Positions 35,401 to 50,400 are shown, numbered from the stretch's first letter. The stretch: 64,000 nt of DNA from Phoronis australis (GCA_002633005.1 NMRA01000055.1:576360-640359); one strand, 5' to 3'. Notes: generated by a model not told the origin, from the sequence alone. Made by a program: numbers and translations.

Positions 35401-38400
35401 ACTGAAAAGTAGCAACATTAGCAGTAGAAATAACAGTACACATGAGTGATAGTCATACATCAACCAACTCAGTATCTGTGGTATCTTTCATCATCTGGGT
35501 AAGAGTTAGTGTACTGGGGTCTTTCTTTGTTGCAGACTTGCTTTTCCCTTTACCTTTAGATTCATTTTTCTCCTACAACAAAACAAAAACAAATAAAATT
35601 AAAATCCTTCTCACATCTACAACAACCATTCTAGGAAAGCAAGGTTTGTCTAACCGGCAGCGTGTTCCATAGACACAAGTTAGAGCAATCACGTGCTTTA
35701 GTTAGAGCGATCAAGTGCTTTGCTTGTAACTCATGACAACATCTCACCAAGACTTGCGTGATTACGCTTATGTTGCATGAGACTTGCTCTACAGAACACA
35801 GCCCAGTTACTCGTTTTTCTTTTTAGAATTCAATAACTATTTTGTACAGCAAAATGACATAAAGAAAATGTATTACTTCCAAAAAAATTAAACTAATTCA
35901 AATAAGCAGTAATAATACAAGTCCTAACTTTGCCAACATTTTTTATTAAGTTTAACAAGCTTTCGTAAAGATGACTGGCCGAAACTTTCAATAAAAAGGC
36001 TTCCTAACCTTTATAACGGTTATCTTAGATGACCTCAAATAACATTCGAACTAACATATCATCACTAAAAATAAGATAACGCCGTCAAAGCAAAAACAGT
36101 TCTCTTAATGGTACCCATGATTCCTCAGTTATTTCACTCAAAAATATTTGCCAAAACTGTTATTTTTTCATCTTTAATGGCTGATTATCTTGCAACAAAA
36201 AATGGAACCTTTGCCATATTTTATTTTAAGGTATCTACAAAGTACAAATTATAAAGCTAAACCATGAACTGAATTTTTAAAAATCTTTCGTCGGGAAATT
36301 TGCAACATTATTTTTCTGTTTAATATCAAGTTGTGAGTTGAATAGGTGAAATTTTAACTTTAAATAAATTTTTCCTTTGAAAGCCATACTTAACAGTTGA
36401 GTTTCCCCGATCCCTTAAAGAAATGAAAGGTTTGTACCAAACTGAACTAGGCACAAAACCAAATAATTAACAATGTTAAGTGATTTTTCATCAACCGTTG
36501 TTCAGTGTCAAGTTGTCACCATCTGAGACAGAGGAGTAGTTTACCTAAACAAGCTAAGACCAAAACCAAGTATTAAGCATCAGTACAATTCTTCACCACA
36601 AGCAAGAAATCTGAATATGAATAGCCAAAGGTTGACTTTGTTTTTTGCGTTTCTCAAAACATTTTGTCTCCTGTCTATTCGAGTGGACTTTGAGTTATAG
36701 ACAGATTTTCTGACTTTTAGTCTTAGCCCGATATTCATAAAACAGGCCAAGCCATCTACCCATAGACTGATTTAGCTAAATTTCAAAAGACAGAAGACAA
36801 TTAGAGATTCTTCGAGAAACGGGCCCAAAAGGTATAGGGAAATGGAGGAATAGTTAACCTGGAATTCAGCCAAGCACATAACTAACCTCGTCTTTATTTC
36901 CAGCACTGTTTTTCTTGCCCAAAGACTTGTCATACAGTTGTCTCAGCAAGGCTGGACCTCCGTCACAAAGATACTGCTCCAGACAAGGAAATAACAATGT
37001 TAAATTCAAAATGCCACCAAATTATTAAATACCAAACATTTCTGTACACAACTCCAGAGCATACATTCGCCAAGTAGGATTTTTGGCAGAAGCCAAAAAA
37101 AATACGCCCCGACGTATCAATACTGTTACAAGTTCTTAATATTAATGATGAAATATGTCTTCCATCACAAAAATCAAATTTTGATCTACTAGACAGTAGA
37201 CAGTTTACTGCTATGAAATTGGTCTCAGTTGTTTCTTAGTCTTATTGCAGGAATTCAAAAGAATTGACATTCCGTTATTGCTCAAGACTAGGCTTTACAC
37301 AAGTTGTCTTCTCAATTAATACACTGAGCATGGTCTAATGAAACAAAGAATTGTCTCCGTTCTTTGCAAACCCAGATATCACTTATCATCTGAGTTTGGA
37401 ACAAGTCACAACCAATTATATAGCAGTGGTATGTGGTCTAGATTAAAAGTTCATTTCTTGGACGGAACGCGAGTTCAAAGCCGCTTTAAATGTGAGCTTC
37501 CGGGGACACCCTCAGTAATACACAGTAACATTATATGAGATTCCCTTCAGAGAACGAGTTAGCGACTGGAAATTTATTTTCAAGTTGTGAGGTATCAGAG
37601 TCCATTCCTGCGAAACTGGAGAAAGTTTTATGGATTAACAAAGCTCAACAACAGAGGATGAGGTGAGTGAATCTTGCTTTGAAAATTACCAGCAGTGAGT
37701 ACGTTACGGTGTTAAAAACCGGTCATGTGATCTTGCAAGCTTTCACTTGTGAGTGACTTGCGTTGTTGAATGCAACCTGGGTACTGCGATACAAAAATTG
37801 TCACAATAAAACGAGGTGCATAAGCTACACAAACGCTGAAGACTGAAAATGTAATGGAAATTCCAACAGGAATCAAGGTCATCCAAAACATTCCACATGA
37901 ATCCTTCCTGCAGTCCATCCATCTCACATTCAAACACTAACCTCTCTGAGCTGATTGCATGTCCGGTCGTCCTCGGCAACCAGCAGCACACGGCCGGGCC
38001 CTAGTTCCTCGCTCACGATATTATCCTGCTCCTCAATCTCAGCCATGACCTTGGACAATGCTGCCCACTTTGGGCATTCTTCCAACACTGGCACTGGGTC
38101 TCCTGAGGAGTACAAAATGGCCAACATTTAGGTAACACGATTAGACAATGTTGCGAAGTTTTGAAAAATTGTTCTCAATTTCCTCAAAATAACATCAGTA
38201 GAAGTTCGGAATCAAAATTCAGTTTGGGACACTATATGGCAGACAAGAGGAATTTGATTTTGTCAACTTTATCAACTAAAAGAGACACAAGAAATTTCCT
38301 TTTTTGGTGTCAACATGATGTGGTTGATACAGATGTCAATTATTTTTGTTACTACCTGAAGAATCTTTATCTTATTAGTCTAGTAACAATAAATTAGTCT

Positions 38401-41400
38401 TGGTATCACTGAAATTAAGAGTATTAACATGGGCAAATAAATAGGGTTTCATAAAAAGAATTCAGTGGAAAAGTTACAAAGCACTATTTGCAATTTCGAG
38501 GGAGAACAGCTTCCCAAAGTGGTGGACTCTCCCTAGTGAGACAAAGCGTCAAATCGTGTGTTTGCTAGCAACCAATGAATGTTGCACTAATTCCGTCGAT
38601 CATCCTTGCATTTCATCGTAACATAAGCATGTCGAAGGGGGTGAATGTGGTGGTTGACGGCACTCGTGGATGGCAGCATTCAACACAGGTGAGTTAACCC
38701 AAAAACATACGGTAAAATCTCATCAATTTAGGACACAATATGGCGGACAAATGAACTTCATCTATTTTTATTTACACTTTTGTCAAAAAGTATCACAAGT
38801 GTTTTATGATTTTAAAGTTCTATGTAATAGCAACCACCACATGAAGTTTTGAGAGACTGTTGGCTATGTTAAAAGCCGGCATGAAAAAGTGAAAAATTTC
38901 AAATTTTGATGACCATGCTGTACAAACCATACAATCACAATGGAACACAGCGTCAAGTCCAGACTGTGGTTTACTTATCCCTTGTGCAAAGAAACACACA
39001 TTACAAGTGGGATGATGTCACAAGCTACCATTTGATGTTGTTGCATTGAATTCTCAATAACTTCGCTGACAGTGCACCGATTTCAAAAATTCGAAGATGA
39101 CCAAAATTTTTTCAATTTTGAAAACAGTTACGATGGTCAATTGCCTTTACTATTTTTCTTGAAACTTGCATTTTTGACACGCACACACTGTTTACAACTG
39201 CATTCGTGATAATTCAAGGCACGATGTACATTATTTGACAAAACCCACTTGGTCAACTGGTGTCAATAATTGTTTGACATACAGACAGACCAATTGAAGA
39301 AATTTGGTAATCATCACTTTTCAACGCTACAACCATGGTGAAACTGATTATCGTATTCGCCGTAATAACCGCCCATGCCCCTATAAGTGCCCCCCCCACG
39401 CGTTTTCAGACTTTGCTAAAATAAGCGCCCAGTCCAAGAACGTGTACGTGAGAAAAATGCCTTACCTAGTCCTAAAAGTCTACTGTAACGTCTTTAGTTT
39501 ATCAATAATATTCGACAGTCATGAAAAAATCATAGTGCGCAGTATTTGTAGACCACGAGCCTCGCCGTTATGTAGGTATTTAGCCGTGACTATACACTTC
39601 AAATTTCTGCCATGCCTCAAAACGAACACAAAAGTTCTGCTGATATTGCCAGGACCAACGATCTGGCCTTTCAGAACAGAAGTAGTGTATTTGTCTACGG
39701 GATTGCTTTGTAGATATTTACCACTTTCAACAGGAATCCAAATTTCTTTGTAGGCCTACACGTGAATCGAAGACTAATAAAAAGCTTGGCCAGTATTAAA
39801 AGCACGTGGCCAGGAAGCGCGCGCTACATACATGAACCTGTCTTCAAAGACATTAGTCGGGAACTATCCATCCATGGAACGGGTAGCATAGCATCGGCAA
39901 GAAATGAATATTGGCATTAATTTCCGACAATTTCTCATACTATAAAAAATGTTTGCATTATTTTTAACATGAATTGTTTGATTAACCATAATTGGTATTT
40001 TTAAACCAAAAATCCGATAAAATAACCACTGACAGTGAATGCTTACACACCCTTACACCGAAAAATAACTCGTGGTCAGATAGTCACGTATGCATCCAGC
40101 CACACGCCCCCCTTGAAACGAACTTTTCTAAGCGCCCTGGGCAGTTATTACGGCGAATACGGTAAATATAATTCACACCACATTATTTTTCGTTGGAAAT
40201 TGGAGAGATCTAACAGTATTACACAAAATTTGGCGAATTTTACAAATGTTTAACTTCCATGATTTTATTACAATGACTTCTACAACATTCAGCCACTCAC
40301 CGCTCTGCGCACCATTCTCTGCCTTTAACTTTTTGGACTGTGATAAAGAGAGGACTCTGTTCTTTGCTTGCTAAAAAAAAACAAAGCTTCTTACATCGCA
40401 TTGAAAGAATTTCTAATCAAAACATAAATTAAAAATATGAAAAATTACGCCGAGTCTATCAAATGAAAGCCAGGTTGTCATGCAAGTTCAATAGGATAGT
40501 TTACCCAATAAGATAACATGGGAATAAATTAAAAATCTTCTATAATATAATAATCTACTATATAAATAGATCACCATTCCTAAGGTTAGTAAAATTTTAT
40601 GAATTTCCTCACAACTCCCTTCCTTAGCAGTTTTTAAGAACATACTATGAATTCATCTTCAAGACAAAATTTTTGTTTTCGTTTCACCAAATCTGCAAGC
40701 CATAAGAAACAAAGGGTTAATTTTCCTTAAGCCTAGGTACAATGGTGAGCACATGTTACGTGAGTAAACACGCTTTGTGTAGTGACATCTAGTTGTCTAA
40801 TCTTCAAAGATAAGATTGCAGTTAGCAATATACTGTTGACGCAATGTTATAGAGGTAAGTCGAAACTTTTTTCAACCATGTGTTCCTGACAATTTATCTG
40901 CAGATACAAGCTCAATATTGTTTATTATTCACACACTGATGTACTATGTCCAAACATCCTTAAGTTTTACCCACTAACTACCTTCCCCCAATAATGGCAC
41001 CTTCTTGTACCTGCGTTGCACTTTTTATTGCCAATCCTACCAGAGATTATTTTTATGCATATGGTATTTATTTTATTCTCATCCCTAACTTTTGTGCTAA
41101 CTTGTACTTTGTCATAAAAAATAACCTCAGTTCGCCAACCTGTGTCTCTTTTTCATCTCTTGTAACGAGCTTGTATATCATCGTTCGTACTTATGTCGAT
41201 CATAAATATTTCTCAATAAGCCCCACACAGCACCATCTTTGAAAACGATTTTGTAATTTGGTTTAAGTTTTGGGTAGAACTCTTTGTCAACAATGCTAAC
41301 ACAACAGGTCCAGGCTCTACAAGATAGCTTGTTGGGACCAGGCTCTACAAGATGGCTTGTTGGGACCAGGCTCTACAAGATGGCTTGTTGGGACCAGGCT

Positions 41401-44400
41401 CTACAAGATGGCTTGTTGGGACCAAGCTCTACAAGATGGCTTGTTGGGACCAGGTTCTACAAGATGGCTTGTTGGGACAGGCTCTACAAGATGGCTTCTT
41501 GGGACCAGGCTATACAAGATGGCTTGTTACTACTGCGTGTCATTTTTTGTGCCGAACATTGTCTTAAGAAAACCGAACAGTCAGCTCTTTGCAAACCAAG
41601 AACTCACTTCTCATCTGATTAATGAACAAGTTAAGACCACTTTAATCAAAATTTACTTTCTTTGGGTTTATTCCCGCTTTAAATATTAAGACAGTTTTTT
41701 TTGCATCACTTACTGTTTTTTAACATATAACTACAACCAAAGCAAAAAAAAATAATTAAAGTGTCCAACACTTACAATAATAAGCCTTTGAAAGTAAAAG
41801 CTGTCAAATTTTTGCAGCTTTCTCACTAAAATTGAAGAAACTTAAAATCACTGTGAAAAGAACACGCAAACACACTCATCTTAACATCCATCATTATCAA
41901 TGACATCTGATGTCCATAAAAGAGACAGCTATACAACTATTATCACAAATGTCCACCAATAACTTATCTCTTTAAGATTATGTTGTTGAAAACATATCGG
42001 CAAACAAGTAACGTGAGGGAAAACATCAATTGAATTCATTTGCAAATAAATAGAACCTTCAGATTAGACACATCGCCTCGACATCACTATCACCCAAATT
42101 ATTGCATGCCAACCAAAAATCCACAAACCGATTCAGGATCACCGTGAAAATGTTTCGCCGCAACTTCTAATCCCCACAACTTGCTTGGTCAAATAAAATT
42201 CCATGCCTGACCACACCAGCCGGATTACACAAGAGGGTAAATTTTAATTAAAATTGATGACAGAGGGTGGCCAAATAGATAGATCACCGAGATATTGGCC
42301 TGCTTTGAACATGTCAATTGATAGCGAGTATATAATTTATTGACACATTCAATAAATTATATATCGTCTATGATGGCAACGTTGGTTTAAGCCAAGTATG
42401 GTACCAAGTGAGTGAGCTATTTGACGACTCGTTCCTACAAACTGAGATTAGTCCATGCTAGAAATAAATGATAACTAATTTTCACTCAACCAGAATAGTA
42501 GAGAATCACTAAAGGTCAAACATCATTTTGAATGTGACAGATTTTATTGACGAACTGAAGAAAAGCCGATTCGTTCGACTGATTGAGGACTACAGGTATT
42601 GTTAATTTGATTTCCTTTTGCCAAACATAATCTTCAATCTTCAACAATTGCTAAAATTTAGATTTTTCAAATTTTGAAAAAAATATTTCATGGCCGTAAA
42701 TTCCCAAAATTTTACCCAGTACACTATAATCTAGACAATTTCTGGCAAAAATATATTAATCACACTAATTATAACTTTTGTTGTAAGGTGGCAGCACCAC
42801 AAAGAAAAAATTTTACTAATAATAATACGTTTTGCTAAGAAATTTGAAAGTGAGGCCATAGTTCATCGCTCATCTTTCTAATGTCTGTCCATTACTGTAA
42901 AATACGGAAGTCCTTTTTGTTGGGTCTTTAACAATTTAATTGTTGGTTCTTATAAAAGTTTTGGCAACAGGATTATTTCCATTTTGTAATTCGGTTACAA
43001 ACGGCTAATTAAAGCGGCACATTCAAGTTGGACTAGGTGCAAAACGTGGGTACAACTCACACTAGGCTGAGACATTAAATCTGCATATTCTAATGCAAGT
43101 TTGTAATGAATTTTGCTTATTTATTTCCGATTATTACGTATATCAGATAGTCATTATCACAGACTCTTGTACAGTTCTGTATACCTATTAAGCCCGGGCA
43201 GCTGTGTGCTGGTTGTATAGGGAACCCACTAGATGTCACCACCTTCCGACGGAAAATGTCCTACAGAGGGCATGGCGAGTGAATGCATGTGTTGCTGTTT
43301 TGCAAATAGAAGCGGAGTGCAAACTTCATTGTTCTCCACAACCTGTTTTGACTCCCCACTCTGTAGTATTTGAATTTTGCGGTGACGAAATTGGCTTACA
43401 TGCGTCAAGCTTGAAAAGCTAAGCGACGAGTTTGAAGTGTTGGGAGATTAGTCATTTCTTAAGCGAATTAGGATATTTTGGACTTTTGGTACCAATTCAA
43501 TACATGTATTCCTAGACTTAACACACAAACTCCCCACAATATGGACATGGACTTGAGAGCATGTACATGAATTTTGTAATACCCGTCGAGTTTGAAATTT
43601 CCATTGCTGAGAACACTGAAAGTGTGCTCGTGAAGAAAGTTGAGTGAAGAGCAAATCTTCGTTTCAATCTCCTGGTCTGTGACTAAGCGCATCCATTAAA
43701 AAGCCAATTATCACTGAATGTGTAATAAGAATTATGGCAAACAAAGCAACGAGTAGCAATTTTCCCCAACAAAGCAAGAACTGACAATTCTTGTGTAACA
43801 GGAGACAACAACAAATTCTTGTGTAACAGGAGACAACAACGAATTCTTGTGTAACAGGAGACAACAACAAATTCTTGTGTAACAGGAGACAACAACAAAG
43901 TGTTTACCACAGGCATACAATATAAAGAAAGGTAATCAATGCCCATTTTCTGATATATCTGCAAGTTGTAACACGTCTTGCCACTAGATGGTGCTAGAGT
44001 TACTGGTGGACAGCATTCTACTTACGATATTCTTTGGAAATTCAATGCAGCATAATTTTCCAGCATTTGCATATTTTTTACAACCACCCTGCTGTGAAAT
44101 TGTCACTTGTGTACAGCAGGATATTGAAATGACTCACAAAAAAGTAATTTCTACCCAAATATGTCTGTGAGATTCATAAAAGAAACTCCGTTTCACCCCT
44201 GGTAACTGTAAATTAAAAATGGGTCAAGCAAGACACTTTTGTGCTATCACAACGCAAAAGAGTGGTATGCAGATTATTTTTTATTATAGTAACATAATTA
44301 AGTTCCCACTTTAAGAAGACTTGGTATTTGACTGTTTTGATGGTATCCAGTTATCAAACAGGGAGGTTTAGGCTTTAACATTTGGTAAAACAACAAAAAT

Positions 44401-47400
44401 GACAGAATGTTCTATAAGAGTTATGTAGCACCTCACTGACAAGTCGGAACATTTAGTCAAATATCCGCACAACTATAGAATTTGACCTCAGCAAAAATAT
44501 ATAATATCTACTGAAAGAAGAATTTCCGTGAATTTGAATGTTGACCAATCTGCCATAAATAAGCTCACATGGCTACCTTTATATTAAACTTTAGCAAAAA
44601 AGAAAGGTACATTTATAGCAAAACAAATAATGTAGAAAATAAATCTGAAACTCAAAGAGGCGATCCAGATCCTCTACAGGATACTATTGTTTGTCGAAAA
44701 GTAGAATAGTTATACGTAAATAAAATAACAAAATTGGATCACTGAAATTTTCAGATATAATAAAATACTTCGTCAACAGAAACAGAAATAAAGTCGGCTA
44801 AAATCAAACACTATTTGACAATTGACATCTGATATATGGCGTAATGAGCATGATACATTGTTGCGGGAAAAAGTAAAGGATACAATTTAAGAAGTCATTA
44901 GGTTCAAGTGTGTTAAGCTTAGTAAAACAAAACGACCAATTACATGACAGAATTTTGTACACTATAAATGTTCAAGATAAAATCTCAAAAACAATGTTAC
45001 AGTTTTCTAAATTATTATTTTGTTTTTGTTTATGCAACGCTTAACTTTTTTGACAAAAATCATGTAAATATTATTTTTGACAGTCCCTCATGCAAAAGTG
45101 GAACATTTTAAAGACAATTCCTCGCAGAATTTTGGAGAACAGAGCATGAAGCATAGTATCTGGAAATTTCGTGAAGATACGTTCAACAATTTCTCAGATA
45201 TGATGTTCCGAACTTGGCCAAAATTGGGACTTTTTTATAAGATCCCACACGCATAACCTTAAGATTTAAGTTCATTCTAATAATAACACAGAGTGAACTT
45301 TGGAAATAACATTAATTTTGTTAATTATCAGTTAAGGCGCTGTTCGATAAAAATAACCCAAGTTGTAAATTACTAAAATATTGAGGCCAATAAAAGTGGT
45401 CTTAATGATTGTATCTGACACAATCATTATCTCACGACTACGTGTGATATATGTAAAAGATACCACTACAAATTTATAACAAAGTGAAAAGATAGAATTT
45501 CAACAATTCGAAACTTCAGCTCCGACTGGCAATCTGGCAATCTGCCTTAAGCGGGTAAGTATTACAGGCCACAAAGGCAAAGTTACTACCGCTTATTTTT
45601 TGAAATTCAGGCCAGTGCTCCAGTAATTTTTTAGTTGTTCGCTTTTTCAAATAAGAAATCCGACAAAGATGAGCGAAATGATGCAGGGTTTGATTTTTTA
45701 CTGGCAATATACTAAAATTTTCTTAAAAGTTAATTGTTGTCGAGAAATTGAACAAAATAAAACTCCACTTGCCACCATCTTGAATCCTAACCCAAAGTAT
45801 TTTTACAGTACATTGATATCAAAATGTAATTTTTGCCATAAATTAACATCAAAATGTTATTTTTACCACGGATTGACATCAAAATGTTATTTTTACCATG
45901 CATTGATATCAAAATGTTATTTTTACCATGTACTGATATTAAAATGTCAGTTTTACTAGGCATTGATATCAAAATGTTATTTTTACTGTGTATTGGCATC
46001 AAAATGTGATATTTACCATACATTGACATCAAAATGTTATTTTTACCATGTACTGATATTAAAATGTCAGTTTTACTAGGCATTGATATCAAAATGTTAT
46101 NTAAACATGGGTCAAGCAAGACACTTTGTGCTCTCACAAGGCAAAGGCATTGTATACGGATTGTTTCCTACTAGTAACATATTAAGTTCCAGCTTCAAGA
46201 AGGCTTGGTATTTGACTGTTTTGATGGTATCCAGTTATCAAACAGGGAGGTTTAGGCTTTAACATTTGCTTCAACAACAAAAATGACAGAATGTTCCTTA
46301 AGAGTTATGTAGCACCTCACTGACAAGTCGGAACATTTAGTCAAACATCCGCACAACTATAGAATTTTACCTCAGCAAAAGTATATAATATCTACTGAAA
46401 GAAGAATTTCCGTGAATTTGAATGTTGACCAATCTGCCATAAATAAGCTCACACGGCTATCTTTTTATTAAACTTTAGCAAAAAAGAAAGGTACATTTAT
46501 AGCAAAACTAATAACGTAGAAAATAAATCCGAAACTAAAAGAGGCGATCCAGATCCTCTAAAGGATACTATTGTTTGTCGAAAAGTAGAATAAATATACG
46601 TAAATAAAACAACAAATTTGGATCACTGAAATTTTCAGATATAATAGCATACTTAGTCAACAGAAACAGAAATAAAGTAGAATCACACACTATACGACAA
46701 TTGCCATGTGATATATGGCGTAATGAGCATGATACATTGTTGCGGGAAAAAAGTAAAGGTTATAATTTAAGGAGTCATTAGGTTCAAGTGTGTTAAGCTT
46801 AGCAAAACAAAACGACCAATTACATGACAGAATTTTGTACACTATAAATGTTCAAGATAAAATCTCAAAAACAATCATTATGTTACAGTTTTCTAAATTT
46901 TTACTTTGTTTTTGTTTATGTAATGCTAAACTTATTTGACAAAAATCATGTAAATATTATTTTTGACAGTCCCTCATGCAAAAGTGGAACATTTTAAAGA
47001 CAATTCCTCGCAGCATTTTGGAGAACAGAGCATGAAGCATAGTATCTGGAAATTTCATGAAGATACATTCAGCAATTTCTCAGATATGATGTTCTGAACT
47101 TGGCCAAAATTGGTACTTTTTATAGGATCCCACAAGCATAACCTTAAGATTTAACTTCATTCTAATAATAACACAGAGTGAACTTTGGAAATAACATTAA
47201 TTTTGTTAATTATCAGTTAAGGCGCTGTTCGATAAAAATAACCCAAGTTGTAAATTACTAAAACATTGAGGCCAATAAAGGTGGTCTTAATGATTGTATC
47301 TGACACAATCATTATCTCACGACTACGTGTGATATATGTAAAAGATACCACTACAAATTTATAACAAAGTGAAAAGATAGAATTTCAACAATTCGAAACT

Positions 47401-50400
47401 TCAGCTCCGACTGGCAATCTGGCAATCTGCCTTAAGCAGGTAAGTATTACAGGCCACAAAGACAAGCTACTCCCGCTCTTTATTTTTTGAAATTCAGGCC
47501 AGCGCTCCAGTAATTTTTTAGTTGTTCGCTTTTTCAAATAAGAAATCTGACAAAGATGAGCGAAATGACGCAGGGTTTGATTTTTTACTGGCAACATACT
47601 AAAATTTTCTTAAAAGTTAATTGTTGTCGAGAAATTGAACAAAATAAAACTCCACTTGCCACCATCTTGAATCCTAACCTGAAGTATTTTTACAGTACAC
47701 TGATATCAATATGTTATTTTTACCATACATTAACGTCAAAATGTTATTTTTACCATGGATTGATATCAAAATGTTATTTTTACTGTGCACTGAGATCAAA
47801 ATGTTATTTTTACTGTGTATTGGCATCAAAATGTGATATTTACCATACATTGTCATCAAAATGTTATTTTTACCATGTATTGATATCAAAATGTCATTTT
47901 TACTATGTATTTACATCAAAATGTTATTTTCACCATGCATTGATATCAAAATGTAATTTTTAATGTGCATATTATTTTCAGACACACCTGCAACATAAAC
48001 ACAAAAAGCACCGCCATGACGCTTATCAGACTAATTCTTCTCGCATGTTGCATGCTAAACGTTCACAACCGGACTGTCGGCTGTGTCATTAATTTGCCCA
48101 GAAATGTACCATCAAATGCAACAAGACTAGAAATCTGCGTAACTGGGCAAACCGAATTAACACAGAACGACTTCAAACGCTTCACTGTGCTTGATTACCT
48201 GGCAGTCGACCATGGAACAGTGATTAGGTTTCAACCGGATACTTTCAGAAATTTGACCTCGTTGACCTATTTAAGTTTATTCAACAACTCAATTACAAGT
48301 CTTCCGCTGAGAGCATTTCCTCCTTCGCTCAGGCAACTCGATCTAGGCTACAACAACATCGCGACGATACGCAGACACATGTTTTACGGACTCGGGAACG
48401 TGACCAACCTGCGACTCCACCGAAACGTTATTGCCAACATCCAAGAGGGGGCGTTTGACCCACTTGCGAAGTTAGCCGTACTTGAGCTGCAGGGAAACCA
48501 TTTGACAGAGTTTCCGCGAGGCTTAGTTCTAAACCAACTGACAAAGTTAGACCTCAGCCAGAACCAAATAAGCAGGCTGACATCCGATGACTTTTCTGGA
48601 TTAACAAAGCTTGAAACTTTCACAATTGAATGGAACAATATAAGAGCANNNNNNNNNNNNNNNNNNNNNNNNNNNNNNNNNNNNNNNNNNNNNNNNNNNN
48701 NNNNNNNNNNNNNNNNNNNNNNNNNNNNNNNNNNNNNNNNNNNNNNNNNNNNNNNNNNNNNNNNNNNNNNNNNNNNNNNNNNNNNNNNNNNNNNNNNNNN
48801 NNNNNNNNNNNNNNNNNNNNNNNNNNNNNNNNNNNNNNNNNNNNNNNNNNNNNNNNNNNNNNNNNNNNNNNNNNNNNNNNNNNNNNNNNNNNNNNNNNNN
48901 NNNNNNNNNNNNNNNNNNNNNNNNNNNNNNNNNNNNNNNNNNNNNNNNNNNNNNNNNNNNNNNNNNNNNNNNNNNNNNNNNNNNNNNNNNNNNNNNNNNN
49001 NNNNNNNNNNNNNNNNNNNNNNNNNNNNNNNNNNNNNNNNNNNNNNNNNNNNNNNNNNNNNNNNNNNNNNNNNNNNNNNNNNNNNNNNNNNNNNNNNNNN
49101 NNNNNNNNNNNNNNNNNNNNNNNNNNNNNNNNNNNNNNNNNNNNNNNNNNNNNNNNNNNNNNNNNNNNNNNNNNNNNNNNNNNNNNNNNNNNNNNNNNNN
49201 NNNNNNNNNNNNNNNNNNNNNATATAAGAAAACTCAAAATTTATTCGGTTTTTGTTTATGGATTCAGTGAAATCTCACCTGTAACACAATATGGTGGGCG
49301 AGAGAAATTTTTGTTTTCTCGTTTTTTATAAAAGATATGAAGCATCACATTACTGCTTTACTGTGTTTAACTCCCATACCATATTATGTCATCACAAAAA
49401 ATTGAGAAGTGTGGGCACTCACATGAATGTTTGAAGATGTGGAAAAACAAAAAAGGGACTCACAATTAAATTTTGTTCAATATTGGTGAAGTAGAAATGA
49501 CGACAGAGTTGTCGTCATTTCTACTTCACCAATAAATTAAAATTCTTGCTATGTTAAGTGAATGTTAAGAATGAGCTGCAGTTGAACAGAGTTATTTTAA
49601 CATTTCATAACAAAATATAAAATGACATGTGTCGAGACCGGATAAAATTAGACAATGAAGCAGCAGGTAAACGCTTTAAGGTGAGACATGGCAGTACATT
49701 ATCAAAATCTGCAAATGTTGATGGATTTCAATAAAAATCAGTATGGATGTTGTTTGTGATATGTAAATCACAAAAATATTCATTTTGAGAAAAAAAAAAA
49801 TTTCGGTTGCCATGGAAACGTCCAAATTACGTAATATCACAAGGTCCACGAGAAACGTTATAACTCGTTAACCTCTGGATATTTTTCTGATCTCTCTTTT
49901 TTGAATGATACCAAAACTAAAGATCTACAAAACTACAGAAGGAAATTTGAAATTTCTCGACAGGTTTTTTTTTATGCGTTGCTGAAACTTGCGGATCAAA
50001 AATGGGGAAAAAATTATTTTTTAAAAATCATATTTTTTTTTCTGTTGAAATTTCAATGAAATGCTTCTGTAGTTTTGTAGATATACATGCAAAGATAGTA
50101 CATGCCAAATTTCATAAGTGTAGCTCAAATAGTTTTTTATTTACAACATTTCTTAGCAAAAAAATATACATTTTGAGAAACGCAAGAAAGAAACTAAGCA
50201 CTTCATTTTTCCTTGTCACATCATATTCTATATGATATAATTCACAGTTTTATTGTAAGTTGTAATAAAATCTAGTCAATGTTCATCCCAGCACCATAAG
50301 TTTCTCCTTCCTGGTCTTCCTGCTGAGATAATTCGCGATTTCTGGTGGCTAATCGAGCTCGACGATTTCTTTGAAATTTCTCAGCTGAGCGTTTATCAGC

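Larger units (their letters stand above)
44217..47965. repeat. About 1.9-kb direct duplication (44217-46100 / 46102-47965) across a single-N join
   Basis: Colinear near-identical copies with scattered SNPs and indels; probably two haplotypes. Confidence 0.85.

Noticed and set aside
41306-41528. 28-bp repeats as a CRISPR array, and the three overlapping ORFs there
   Set aside because: Head-to-tail units with no spacers, eukaryotic context and no cas genes; the ORFs are artefacts of a stop-poor repeat.
45669-47963. Cys/Tyr-rich repetitive ORFs (SKCYFYH)n
   Set aside because: Translation of the 30-bp minisatellite; sits in the inferred LRR intron.
48620-49331. Long ORFs of 205-420 aa spanning the gap
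   Set aside because: Length comes from N codons; only 48016-48648 is supportable.
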